42,831 bases of DNA from Gaiellaceae bacterium (lineage in GTDB: Bacteria > Actinomycetota > Thermoleophilia > Gaiellales > Gaiellaceae), in contig JBPYFE010000108.1 in assembly GCA_051986525.1 (NCBI GenBank), positions 1 to 42,831 on the forward strand, read 5' to 3'. Positions 8,433-16,015 of this stretch are shown here, piece after piece. Each line of letters starts with the position of its first letter. The first letter of the stretch is position 1. The position numbers were made by a program, and so were the translations under genes. The notes beneath the pieces were generated by a model. That model worked only from the letters and a program-made list of their open reading frames with translations. It was not told the origin of the DNA and did no database searches.

Positions 8433-9444
8433 CGTCGGTATTCGCGCCGTCGAACGCGACTACAGGATGGCCGCCGGTGAGGTGCGGGCCTTCTACGTCG
8501 AGGTCACGAACACGACCGGCGAGACGTGGCCCGGCGGGATGGAAGACGAGCCCCGCGTGCGGGTTTCGTACCACCTGAGCTCCGGCAGCGGCGAGCTTCT
8601 GCGGGCCGACGGACCTCGGTCGCCACTTCCGGCACCGCTTGCGCCCGGCGAGACGCAGATCGTTCCCGTCCTCGTCGAAGCCCCGACCGCGCCTGGGCGC
8701 TACGTCGTCGCGATCGACCTCGTCCACGAGCACGTCCGCTGGTTCGAGAGCCCGCTCGCGATCGAAGTCGAGGTCGTCGGGCCGGGCCCTCGGGAGCGGA
8801 ACGTCCCACGCCTCCGGCGGCTGCCGAGACGAATGCGGATCCCTCGCCGCCTCCACCAGGTCTGGGTCGGTTCGGCGCCGATGCCGGACGAGCACCGCCG
8901 CTTCGCGGCGGGCTGGCGCGAGCGGCACCCCGGCTGGGACTACCGCCTCTGGACCGACGACGACTTCGGCGAGCTCGGAATCACGCCGGAGCTCGTGCGC
9001 CAGGCCGTGACCCCGGCCGAGCTTTCGAACCTGATCCGGTACCAGGTCGTCGCCGAGCACGGCGGCGTCTACGTCGACACCGACGCCGAGTGCCTCCGCC
9101 CGATCGACGAGCTCGTGCGCGGCCTCGACGCCTTCGCCGGCTGCTCGATTCCGGGCCGCGTCTCGGCCGGGCTCTTCGGCGCCGTCCCCGGCCATCCGGC
9201 GGTCGAGCGCTGCGCGGCTCTGGCGCGCCGCTTCGCAGGCCTGCGCTACCCGGAGTCGACGTGCGGGCCGATCCTCTTCACCGAGGTCCTCTGGGACTTC
9301 CCGGAGTTCACTGTCTACCCGCCGGAGTTCTTCTACCCGTACCTGTGGGACGAGCCCGAACGGAGGCACGACCGGTTCGACGGTGCGTACTCCGTGCACC
9401 ACTGGACGCTGAGCTGGCGGGTCGAGCCGCCGGCGCCGAGCTGA
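8416..9444 (+). CDS. Two-domain protein: N-terminal beta-rich (Ig-like?) module + GT32-type glycosyltransferase (Och1/capsule 'Gly_transf_sug'-like)
   Basis: 342-aa ORF. GTG is at 8416, with in-frame ATG at 8422 and GTG at 8425 as alternatives. It overlaps the upstream stop. The C-terminal domain has LHQVWVG, SNLIRYQVVAEHGGVYVDTDAEC (DxD) and SVHHW. The N-terminal ~120 aa module (PGRYVVAIDLVHEHVRWFE) is repeated in the next gene. Confidence 0.8.
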   Translation: MAMVVDVGIRAVERDYRMAAGEVRAFYVEVTNTTGETWPGGMEDEPRVRVSYHLSSGSGELLRADGPRSPLPAPLAPGETQIVPVLVEAPTAPGRYVVAIDLVHEHVRWFESPLAIEVEVVGPGPRERNVPRLRRLPRRMRIPRRLHQVWVGSAPMPDEHRRFAAGWRERHPGWDYRLWTDDDFGELGITPELVRQAVTPAELSNLIRYQVVAEHGGVYVDTDAECLRPIDELVRGLDAFAGCSIPGRVSAGLFGAVPGHPAVERCAALARRFAGLRYPESTCGPILFTEVLWDFPEFTVYPPEFFYPYLWDEPERRHDRFDGAYSVHHWTLSWRVEPPAPS

Positions 9445-11330
9445 TGAGAATCGGCCAGAATCGGCTCCTGCGCTCCCGCCGAAGCAGCTCAGTCGCCGTC
9501 TGCACCTTCGCGGCCGACCGTCCCGAACGGCTCGTCGCGACGCTGCGACTCCTTCGCACGAGCGCGGACGAGATCGCCGTCGCCGTCGCGGCGGGCTCCG
9601 CGGCCGCGGAGACGCCGGAGCTCGAAGGCGTCGCCGACCGCTGCTACCGCGTGCAGGAGATGCTGCCGCCGGATCGTTATGTCCCCTGGCTCCACTCGCT
9701 CTGCTCGACGGATTGGATCCTCTGGCTCGCGCCGGGCGAGGTTCCAGGCGCCGGCTTCCTGGCGGCGCTCCCGGAGCTGATCCGCCGGCGGGACGTGCAT
9801 CAGTACCGGCAGCCGGTCCACCGCGTCGCGGACGACGGCGGCGGGTGGACGGCCGGCGAGCACGAGGCGATCCGTCTCGTGCGCAACGACCCGGCCACGC
9901 TTCGGTTCGCCGGCGCCTCCGCGGCGCCCGTACTCCCTGCGCGCCGGCTCGCCGAGGCGATCTACAGGCTGAACGACAGCCCTGCGGAGTCGACCGAGAT
10001 CCACCCGACCCCGGCTGAGGATCTCCGGCTGCTCGAGCGCGTCCTGGCCGAGCCCGCCGCGCGCGGGCGGCGCGAGATCTCCGCCGTCGACGTCTCGCTC
10101 GGCGAGATCGACCGCTTCTGGCCGCAGCGCGACTTCGACGAGCGTGGGTACGAGATCGAGCTCAGCTGCCTGGACGACGAGCTGGCGCTGACCGTCGGCC
10201 GCGAGCGAACCGTCGACGTCGCCGTCCGGAACCTGGGGCCCGAGACGTTTCCGTGGGGCGGCGGGCCGCCGGACATCCGGGCTGCCTACCACTGGCTCGA
10301 CGCGAACGGCGAGACGGTCGTCTTCGACGGCCAGCGGACTGCGCTGCCGGCGAACGTGGGCCCGGGGGAGGAGGCGGTCGTTCCGGTTCGGGTCGTTCCG
10401 CCGCTACGGCCGGGCCGTTACGTGCTCGAGCTCGACCTCGTCCACGAGGGCGTGCGCTGGTTCGAACGGACGACGCGGGTTGCCGCGGAGGTCGTGGCTC
10501 CGGCGCGAGCAGTGCGCACACCGGCCGCGGCGCTCGAAACCGAGAACCGCGTCATCTGCGTCACCGGCATGCATCGGAGCGGCACCTCGCTCGTGACGCG
10601 GATCCTCAACCTGCTCGGCGTCTACCTGGGCGAGCCGGACGAGCTCCTGCCGGCTGCGGAGGACAACAAGGCCGGGTTCTGGGAGCGGCAGGACATCGTC
10701 GCGCTGAACGACGAGCTGCTCGCGCTCGCCGGCGGCGCCGCGATCGCGCCCCCCGCGCTCGCGCCCGGCTGGGCGGAGGCCCCGACGTTCGACCCGCTGC
10801 GGCGCCGGGCGGCCGAGCTTTCTTCAGCGTGGATGGACGGGCGCCCGGTGGTCGGCTGGAAGGATCCGCGCAACTCCCTGACGCTGCCGTTCTGGCGGAC
10901 GGTGGTGCCCGTGGACGCGACGGTGCTGGCGATCCGGCATCCGCTCGAGGTGGCGAGGTCGCTCGAACGGCGGAACGGTCTGGCCGAGCGCGAGGCGGCG
11001 CGGCTGTACGTCGCCTACGTCGTCTCGGCCCTCCGCAACGACCCCGACTGCGTCGTCGTCCGCTACGCCGACCTGCTGGACGCGACGGGCCCGACCGTCG
11101 AGCGGCTCTGCGGCGAGCTGGGACTCGAGCTGCCGGGGGACGCGGGGCCCGTCCACGCCGTGGTCGAGGGCGCGCTTCGCAGCGAGCGGCTCGAGGATCT
11201 GCCGGGCGACGGTCCGTCCGCGGTCGCCGTCCGCGTCTACCAGCGGCTCGTCGGCGACGACCGCGACGGCGTTCTCCGCGTGGCCGACGAGCTGCTCGAG
11301 TGGTCGCTCGGGCTCAACGCCTCCGCCTGA
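9444..11330 (+). CDS. Three-domain protein: degenerate GT2-like domain + beta-rich module + sulfotransferase domain
   Basis: This is the real 3' part of shadow ORF 8526-11330. ATG 9444-9446 shares one nt with the upstream TGA (TGATG). The N-terminus is a paralog of the 7707-8432 product, but LDGDE is replaced by LAPGE. The middle module has PGRYVLELDLVHEGVRWFE. The C-terminus has sulfotransferase PAPS motifs: VTGMHRSGTSLV (5'-PSB) and LAIRHPLEVARSL. Confidence 0.8.
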   Translation: MRIGQNRLLRSRRSSSVAVCTFAADRPERLVATLRLLRTSADEIAVAVAAGSAAAETPELEGVADRCYRVQEMLPPDRYVPWLHSLCSTDWILWLAPGEVPGAGFLAALPELIRRRDVHQYRQPVHRVADDGGGWTAGEHEAIRLVRNDPATLRFAGASAAPVLPARRLAEAIYRLNDSPAESTEIHPTPAEDLRLLERVLAEPAARGRREISAVDVSLGEIDRFWPQRDFDERGYEIELSCLDDELALTVGRERTVDVAVRNLGPETFPWGGGPPDIRAAYHWLDANGETVVFDGQRTALPANVGPGEEAVVPVRVVPPLRPGRYVLELDLVHEGVRWFERTTRVAAEVVAPARAVRTPAAALETENRVICVTGMHRSGTSLVTRILNLLGVYLGEPDELLPAAEDNKAGFWERQDIVALNDELLALAGGAAIAPPALAPGWAEAPTFDPLRRRAAELSSAWMDGRPVVGWKDPRNSLTLPFWRTVVPVDATVLAIRHPLEVARSLERRNGLAEREAARLYVAYVVSALRNDPDCVVVRYADLLDATGPTVERLCGELGLELPGDAGPVHAVVEGALRSERLEDLPGDGPSAVAVRVYQRLVGDDRDGVLRVADELLEWSLGLNASA

Positions 11331-12334
11331 GGGGTCACGGCGGCTCCGCGAACGCGGCGGCGCCGCCGCGGGGTTTCGGCCGCGAGCAGGACCAGGCCGG
11401 CCGCGATGTACGGGAGGAAGTTCAACGCGTGCAGGACGAGGACGTACGCGAGCGCCTCGGAACGTGGGATCCCGTACGCGTGCGTCGCGGCGAGGCCCGC
11501 CGCCTCGAAGACGCCGAGCCCTCCCGGCGCAGCCGGAATGATGAACGACAGCCCGACGGCGACCGCGACGAGGACGCCGGCGAGCAGCGGCAGGTCGAGG
11601 TCGAAGCCGATCGTCAGGAACCAGAACGAGAGCCCGAGCACGAGCCACGACGCGATCGTCCAAGAAGTTGCCACGAGTGCCTGCCGCGGTCGCCGCGCCG
11701 CCTCGAGGCCGTCCGAGACGCTAGCCGTCAGCCGCTCGACCGTCGCGTGGCTCAGGAGGGGAACGTGGGAGGCGACCCGCACGAAGCGGGACTGGTCACG
11801 CGAGAGGTAGAGCGCCAGGCCCACGAGCGCGATTGCGAGGACGACGGCGACGAGCGCCACGATCGCGGCCGCGTGCAGCCAGCTGACGTGTGGGAACCAC
11901 GGCGACAGCACGAACAGGAGCGCGAGCAGGCAGAGGACGTCCAGGACCCGCTCGACGACGACCGTCGCGGTCGACTCCGCCATCGAGGTGCCGCCCCACG
12001 TCTTCAGCGAGACGATGCGGGCGGCCTCGCCGGCGCGGGCGGGCAGGAGGTTGTTGAAGAAGAGCCCGACCAGCGTCGCCCGCGTCACCGGCCCGATCGC
12101 CGGACGGCTTTCGCGGCGGAAGAGCGACCGCCAGCGGACGGCGCGCATGAACGTCGCCGCTGCCAGTGCGACGAGAGCCGGAAGCAGCCACCAGTAGTTG
12201 CTTTCCTGCAGCGCGGCCCAGGTCGAGCTCCACTTGACGTCACGAACGGCCAGGTAGCCGAACAGGCACGAGATCGCGACGGCTCCGAAAACCACGCCCC
12301 AGCGCAGCGCACGCCTGCGGGCCGTCGTCCCCAC
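11237..12334 (-). CDS. Flippase-like membrane protein (UPF0104 / LPG_synthase_TM family)
   Basis: This is the real part of ORF 11237-12796. GTG is at 12334, 2 nt after the upstream TGA. The ~365-aa polytopic protein contains FNNLLPARAGEAARI and IIPAAPGGLGVFEAA, motifs typical of this family. Its 3' end overlaps the convergent sulfotransferase gene by 94 nt. Confidence 0.75.
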   Translation of the reverse strand: MGTTARRRALRWGVVFGAVAISCLFGYLAVRDVKWSSTWAALQESNYWWLLPALVALAAATFMRAVRWRSLFRRESRPAIGPVTRATLVGLFFNNLLPARAGEAARIVSLKTWGGTSMAESTATVVVERVLDVLCLLALLFVLSPWFPHVSWLHAAAIVALVAVVLAIALVGLALYLSRDQSRFVRVASHVPLLSHATVERLTASVSDGLEAARRPRQALVATSWTIASWLVLGLSFWFLTIGFDLDLPLLAGVLVAVAVGLSFIIPAAPGGLGVFEAAGLAATHAYGIPRSEALAYVLVLHALNFLPYIAAGLVLLAAETPRRRRRVRGAAVTPQAEALSPSDHSSSSSATRRTPSRSSPTSRW

Positions 12335-12336
12335 GA

Positions 12337-13092
12337 TCAGCGCGCCCGCAGGCTCTCGGGGTGCTTGCGGACGAAGCGGGCGATCCCGCGCCAGTGCCAC
12401 AGGGTTCGCCGCGTCAGCAGCCGACGGTCGATCACGGCGGCATATTCGTGCGTGACGACGGCGTCGGGGACGTACCAGCGCTCCCAGCCGTGCTTCGCGG
12501 CTCGGTAGCAGAGCTCGATGTCCTCGCCGTAGAGGCGGAAGCGCTCGTCGAAGCCGCCGAGCTCGTCGAACATCGTCCGCCGGACGAGCCAGAAGGCGGC
12601 GAGCATCCAGTCGGCCGGAACCGGCTCGGTCGGGCGCTCGTCCAGCAGGTAGTGGTCCCGCTGGCGCTCGAAGGGGCGGAACGGGTAGCGCAGCGGCGTG
12701 CGGCGGACGAGCGTGCCGGCGACGGTCGGAAACCGGCGCCGCGAGGGCTGCCAGCGGCCGTCGGGGTAGCGGAGCCGGGGCCCGGCGATCCCGCACCGCT
12801 CGTGCGCGGCCGCGAACGAGCGCAGGCGCTCGACCGCGCCGGGCTCGGCCTCCGTGTCCGGGTTCGCGAGCACGACGAACTCGCCGCTCGTCAGCTCGAC
12901 GCCGCGGTTCGCGTTCGCGGCGAAGCCGACCGGCTGTTCGTTCTCGACCACGCGCGCCGCGGCGGGCAGCGGGGCCGAGAGCGGGACGTTCGCGATCACG
13001 ACGAGCTCGTCGACCTGCTCGGCCAGCGCTGCGAGCCCACGCTCGAGCCGCGGGGCGGGGCCGTGGGTGACGACGACCGCGGAGACTTTCAC
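12337..13092 (-). CDS. Glycosyltransferase family 2 (WbbL/rhamnosyltransferase-like)
   Basis: This is the real 3' part of ORF 12337-13932. GTG at 13092 overlaps the upstream stop (GTGA). Motifs are VSAVVVTHG, GFAANANRG, LANPDTE and the C-terminal YGEDIELCYR. Confidence 0.8.
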   Translation of the reverse strand: MKVSAVVVTHGPAPRLERGLAALAEQVDELVVIANVPLSAPLPAAARVVENEQPVGFAANANRGVELTSGEFVVLANPDTEAEPGAVERLRSFAAAHERCGIAGPRLRYPDGRWQPSRRRFPTVAGTLVRRTPLRYPFRPFERQRDHYLLDERPTEPVPADWMLAAFWLVRRTMFDELGGFDERFRLYGEDIELCYRAAKHGWERWYVPDAVVTHEYAAVIDRRLLTRRTLWHWRGIARFVRKHPESLRAR

Positions 13093-14138
13093 AGGAGCTC
13101 GCGGTAGACGGCCAGCGTGCGCCGCGCGGTCTCCGTCCAGCTGAACTGCCGCGCGCGCTCGAGCCCGGCGCGGACGAGCCGTTCGCGGTCGGCGAGCGCG
13201 CGTTCGATCCCGCCCGCCAGCGCGACCGGATCTCCCGGCTCGACGAGCACGGCGGCGTCGCCCGCGACCTCCGGGACGGCGCCGGCCGCGGCCGCGACGA
13301 CGGGCGTTCCCGAAGCCATCGCCTCGACGACGGGGAGACCGAAGCCCTCGTAGCGCGAGGGGAAGACGAGCGCGGAGGCGCCGCGGTAGAGGCGGGCGAG
13401 CTCGTCGCGCTCGACGTGGCCGGCGAACTCGACGCGGCCGCCGAGGCCGAGCCGCTCGGCCGCGCGGCGTGCCGCCGACTCGCTGCCCTTGTCCGGGCCG
13501 ACGAGCACGAGCCGCAGGTCGGCGTTCGTCAGCTCGAGCGCCTCGATCGCGACGAGCGGGTCCTTGCGCGGCTGGAGCGCTCCGACGAAGAGGAGGTAGG
13601 GGGCGCCGTTGTGCCGCGTCCCGTCCGGCCGGTAGTGCGAATCGACCCCGTTCGGGATCACGACGACCTTGGCCGGGTCGACGTCGTAGTGGTCGATCAC
13701 GTCGCGCTTCGTCCGCTCGGAGACGGTGATCACGCGATCGGCGCGCTTCGCGGACCGCGGCACCATCGTCTTGAAGACGAAGCGGTCGCGCGGGCTCATC
13801 CACGACGGGTCGCGCTCGAAGGAAAGGTCGTGGACGGTGACGACCGCCCGGCCGCGGAAGCGCGGCGGTACGACGTGCTGGAAGTGGCCGACGTCCGGCG
13901 CGACGCGCCGCAGCAGGCGCGGCAGCGACCACGCCATCCGCGGCGGCTGGCTCCGCGCCGGCAGCTCGATCGCCTCGACGCCGTCGGGAACGAGGTCGGG
14001 CCGGCGCGTGACGGCGGCGAAGCGGACGTCGGCGGCGAGGGAGGGCAGCTCGCGCAGCAGCGCTGTCACGTACGTCTCGTCGCCGGTTCGTCGCCGGCCG
14101 AGAACGTCTGCGTCGAGCACGACGAACGGCCGGCTCAT
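13089..14138 (-). CDS. Glycosyltransferase family 4
   Basis: This is the real 3' part of ORF 13089-15182. ATG at 14138 overlaps the upstream stop (ATGA). GT4 signature: ASALVFPSRYEGFGLPVVEAMASGTPVV. Confidence 0.85.
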   Translation of the reverse strand: MSRPFVVLDADVLGRRRTGDETYVTALLRELPSLAADVRFAAVTRRPDLVPDGVEAIELPARSQPPRMAWSLPRLLRRVAPDVGHFQHVVPPRFRGRAVVTVHDLSFERDPSWMSPRDRFVFKTMVPRSAKRADRVITVSERTKRDVIDHYDVDPAKVVVIPNGVDSHYRPDGTRHNGAPYLLFVGALQPRKDPLVAIEALELTNADLRLVLVGPDKGSESAARRAAERLGLGGRVEFAGHVERDELARLYRGASALVFPSRYEGFGLPVVEAMASGTPVVAAAAGAVPEVAGDAAVLVEPGDPVALAGGIERALADRERLVRAGLERARQFSWTETARRTLAVYRELL

Positions 14139-15130
14139 GCGGCCGCCTCGCGATAGACCTCGACCGTCTCGCGGGCGACGCGGCTCCAGTCGTACGCGGC
14201 CGCGGCCTCCCGCCCTTCTCGGCCGAGCGCTTCCCGGCGCGCGAGCGCCTCGTTGAGGCCGGCGGCGATCGCGTCCGGGTCGCGCGGGTCGACGGTGACG
14301 ACGCCGCGGGCGAACTCGCGCACCGCCGGGAGATCCGAGGCCACGACCGCGGTGCCGCACGCCATCGCCTCCAGGACGGGCAGGCCGAAGCCCTCGTACA
14401 GCGAGACGTACGCCGCCGCCGCCGCGCCGCGGTACAGCCGCGCGAGCTCGTCGTCGGCCACCTCGCCCAACCAGGTCACGTTCTCGCCCGCGGGAACCTC
14501 GACGTCGCCCCAGCCACGTGCCCCGACGACGCGCAGCTCGCAGCCGTTCAGGCTCGCGCGGCGGAAGCCCTCGACGAGCCGGTCGAGATTCTTGCGCGGC
14601 TCGAGCGTCGAGACGGCGAGCACGTACTCGCCGGTCGCCGCCTCTCCGTCGGCGACGAACGGCTCGCCGACGGCGTTCGGGATCACCCTGATCTTCTCCT
14701 CGTCCGCGCCGAGCAGGTCGACGAGCTCCTGCGCCGTGAACTCGGAGACCGCGATCAGACGTCTCGCCGCACGCGCGATCCGCGGCAGCAGCGCGCGGCC
14801 GTAGCGCCGCGACCAGGCGTTGAACGCCTCCGGGTGCCGGAGGACGGCGAGGTCGTGGAAGGTGACGACCAGCGGAACCGGCGCGGCGACCGGCGCGCGG
14901 TGGGTCGGGCAGTGCAGGACGTCGGCGCCTCGCGCGGCGAGCGGGAGGGCGCCGAGGTACCAGCCGAGGTCGCGGACCGGCGTCAGCGCGCGGCCGCGGG
15001 GCCGGAACGAGTGGCGCTCGACGCGCAGCTCCGGGTCGCGCTCGAGCTCGGCGAGCAGGCTGCGGAGGTAGCGCGCGGTTCCCGCTCGCGTCAGCCCGAG
15101 CGGCGTCGTGTCGAGGGCGAGGTCGAGCAC
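14135..15130 (-). CDS. Glycosyltransferase family 4
   Basis: 331-aa ORF with GTG at 15130. GT4 signature: AAAYVSLYEGFGLPVLEAMACGTAVV. It is the first gene of a four-gene minus-strand chain that runs 15130 -> 11237. Confidence 0.85.
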   Translation of the reverse strand: MLDLALDTTPLGLTRAGTARYLRSLLAELERDPELRVERHSFRPRGRALTPVRDLGWYLGALPLAARGADVLHCPTHRAPVAAPVPLVVTFHDLAVLRHPEAFNAWSRRYGRALLPRIARAARRLIAVSEFTAQELVDLLGADEEKIRVIPNAVGEPFVADGEAATGEYVLAVSTLEPRKNLDRLVEGFRRASLNGCELRVVGARGWGDVEVPAGENVTWLGEVADDELARLYRGAAAAAYVSLYEGFGLPVLEAMACGTAVVASDLPAVREFARGVVTVDPRDPDAIAAGLNEALARREALGREGREAAAAYDWSRVARETVEVYREAAA

Positions 15131-15184
15131 CGCGGAAGTGTCTCAGAGCGCCTTCCGAACCGGGCCCGCACGTATCCTCCACCC

Positions 15185-16015
15185 GTGGCCGCGCATGCCC
15201 AGACGACGGGTCGTTCGCTTCCGAGTTTCGGCTGGATTCGCACGTATTCGGAGCTGATCACGACCCTGCTCCGGCGCGAGCTCCGCGTCAAGTACAAGGG
15301 CTCGTCGCTCGGGATCCTCTGGTCCTACCTCTACCCGCTGGCGATGGTGGCCGTCTATACGCTCGTCTTCTCCGTCCTCTGGCACGCAGTCAACGGGATC
15401 CCGCACTACCCGCTCTTCGTCCTCGTCGGGATCGCGGTCTGGACGTTCTTCCAGGCGGCGGTGCAGCTCTCGGCCGGCTCGATCGTCGCGAACGCGCACC
15501 TGATCCGGAACGTCCGCTTCCCGCGCGAGGTGATCCCGGCCGCGACCGTGCTCTCGCAGGCGGTGGCCTCGCTGGTCATGTTCTGCGTCCTCGTCCCGGT
15601 CTCGCTGATCGTCGTCCCGCATGCGGCGAAGACGGCGATCCTGGTCGTGCCGATCTTCGTTGCGCTGGTGCTGCTGACGCTCGGGCTGGGCTGGCTGACG
15701 GCGACCGCGACCGTCTTCTTCCGTGACGTCGAGCACCTGCTGGCGGTGCTCTTCCTGCCGTGGTTCTTCCTGACGCCCGTCCTCTACAGCCTCGACACGC
15801 TTCCGCGTGCGGCCGACCACCCGTTCGTGATCCACGTCCTGCGCTACTGCAACCCGGTCACGCCCTACATCGAGGCCTTCCGCGGCGCGCTCGTCGAGGG
15901 GCACGTCGCCGGCGCGGCGCTGCTCGTGTACGTCTTCACGGTCGGTCCCGCCTTCGCGCTCGCCGGCCTTTGGTGCGTCCAGCGCTACGAGGATCGCTTC
16001 GCGGTGGAGGTCTGA
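15185..16015 (+). CDS. ABC-2 type polysaccharide export permease (Wzm/TagG-like)
   Basis: This is the real 3' part of ORF 14834-16015, with GTG at 15185. The N-terminus (ELITTLLRRELRVKYKGSSLGILWSYLYPL) is the hallmark of Wzm/TagG/KpsM permeases. There are about 6 TM helices. TATCCT at 15173-15178 lies 6 nt upstream of the GTG, so the mRNA may be leaderless. Confidence 0.85.
   Translation: MAAHAQTTGRSLPSFGWIRTYSELITTLLRRELRVKYKGSSLGILWSYLYPLAMVAVYTLVFSVLWHAVNGIPHYPLFVLVGIAVWTFFQAAVQLSAGSIVANAHLIRNVRFPREVIPAATVLSQAVASLVMFCVLVPVSLIVVPHAAKTAILVVPIFVALVLLTLGLGWLTATATVFFRDVEHLLAVLFLPWFFLTPVLYSLDTLPRAADHPFVIHVLRYCNPVTPYIEAFRGALVEGHVAGAALLVYVFTVGPAFALAGLWCVQRYEDRFAVEV

Noticed and set aside
12337-15182. 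ORFs 12337-13932 (531 aa) and 13089-15182 (697 aa) read as single large proteins.
   Set aside because: Only the C-terminal 251 and 349 residues respectively are protein-like (GT2 and GT4). The N-terminal parts are out-of-frame read-through across the upstream GT4 genes. Internal GTG/ATG starts overlap the upstream stops (GTGA/ATGA), which gives the expected domain sizes.
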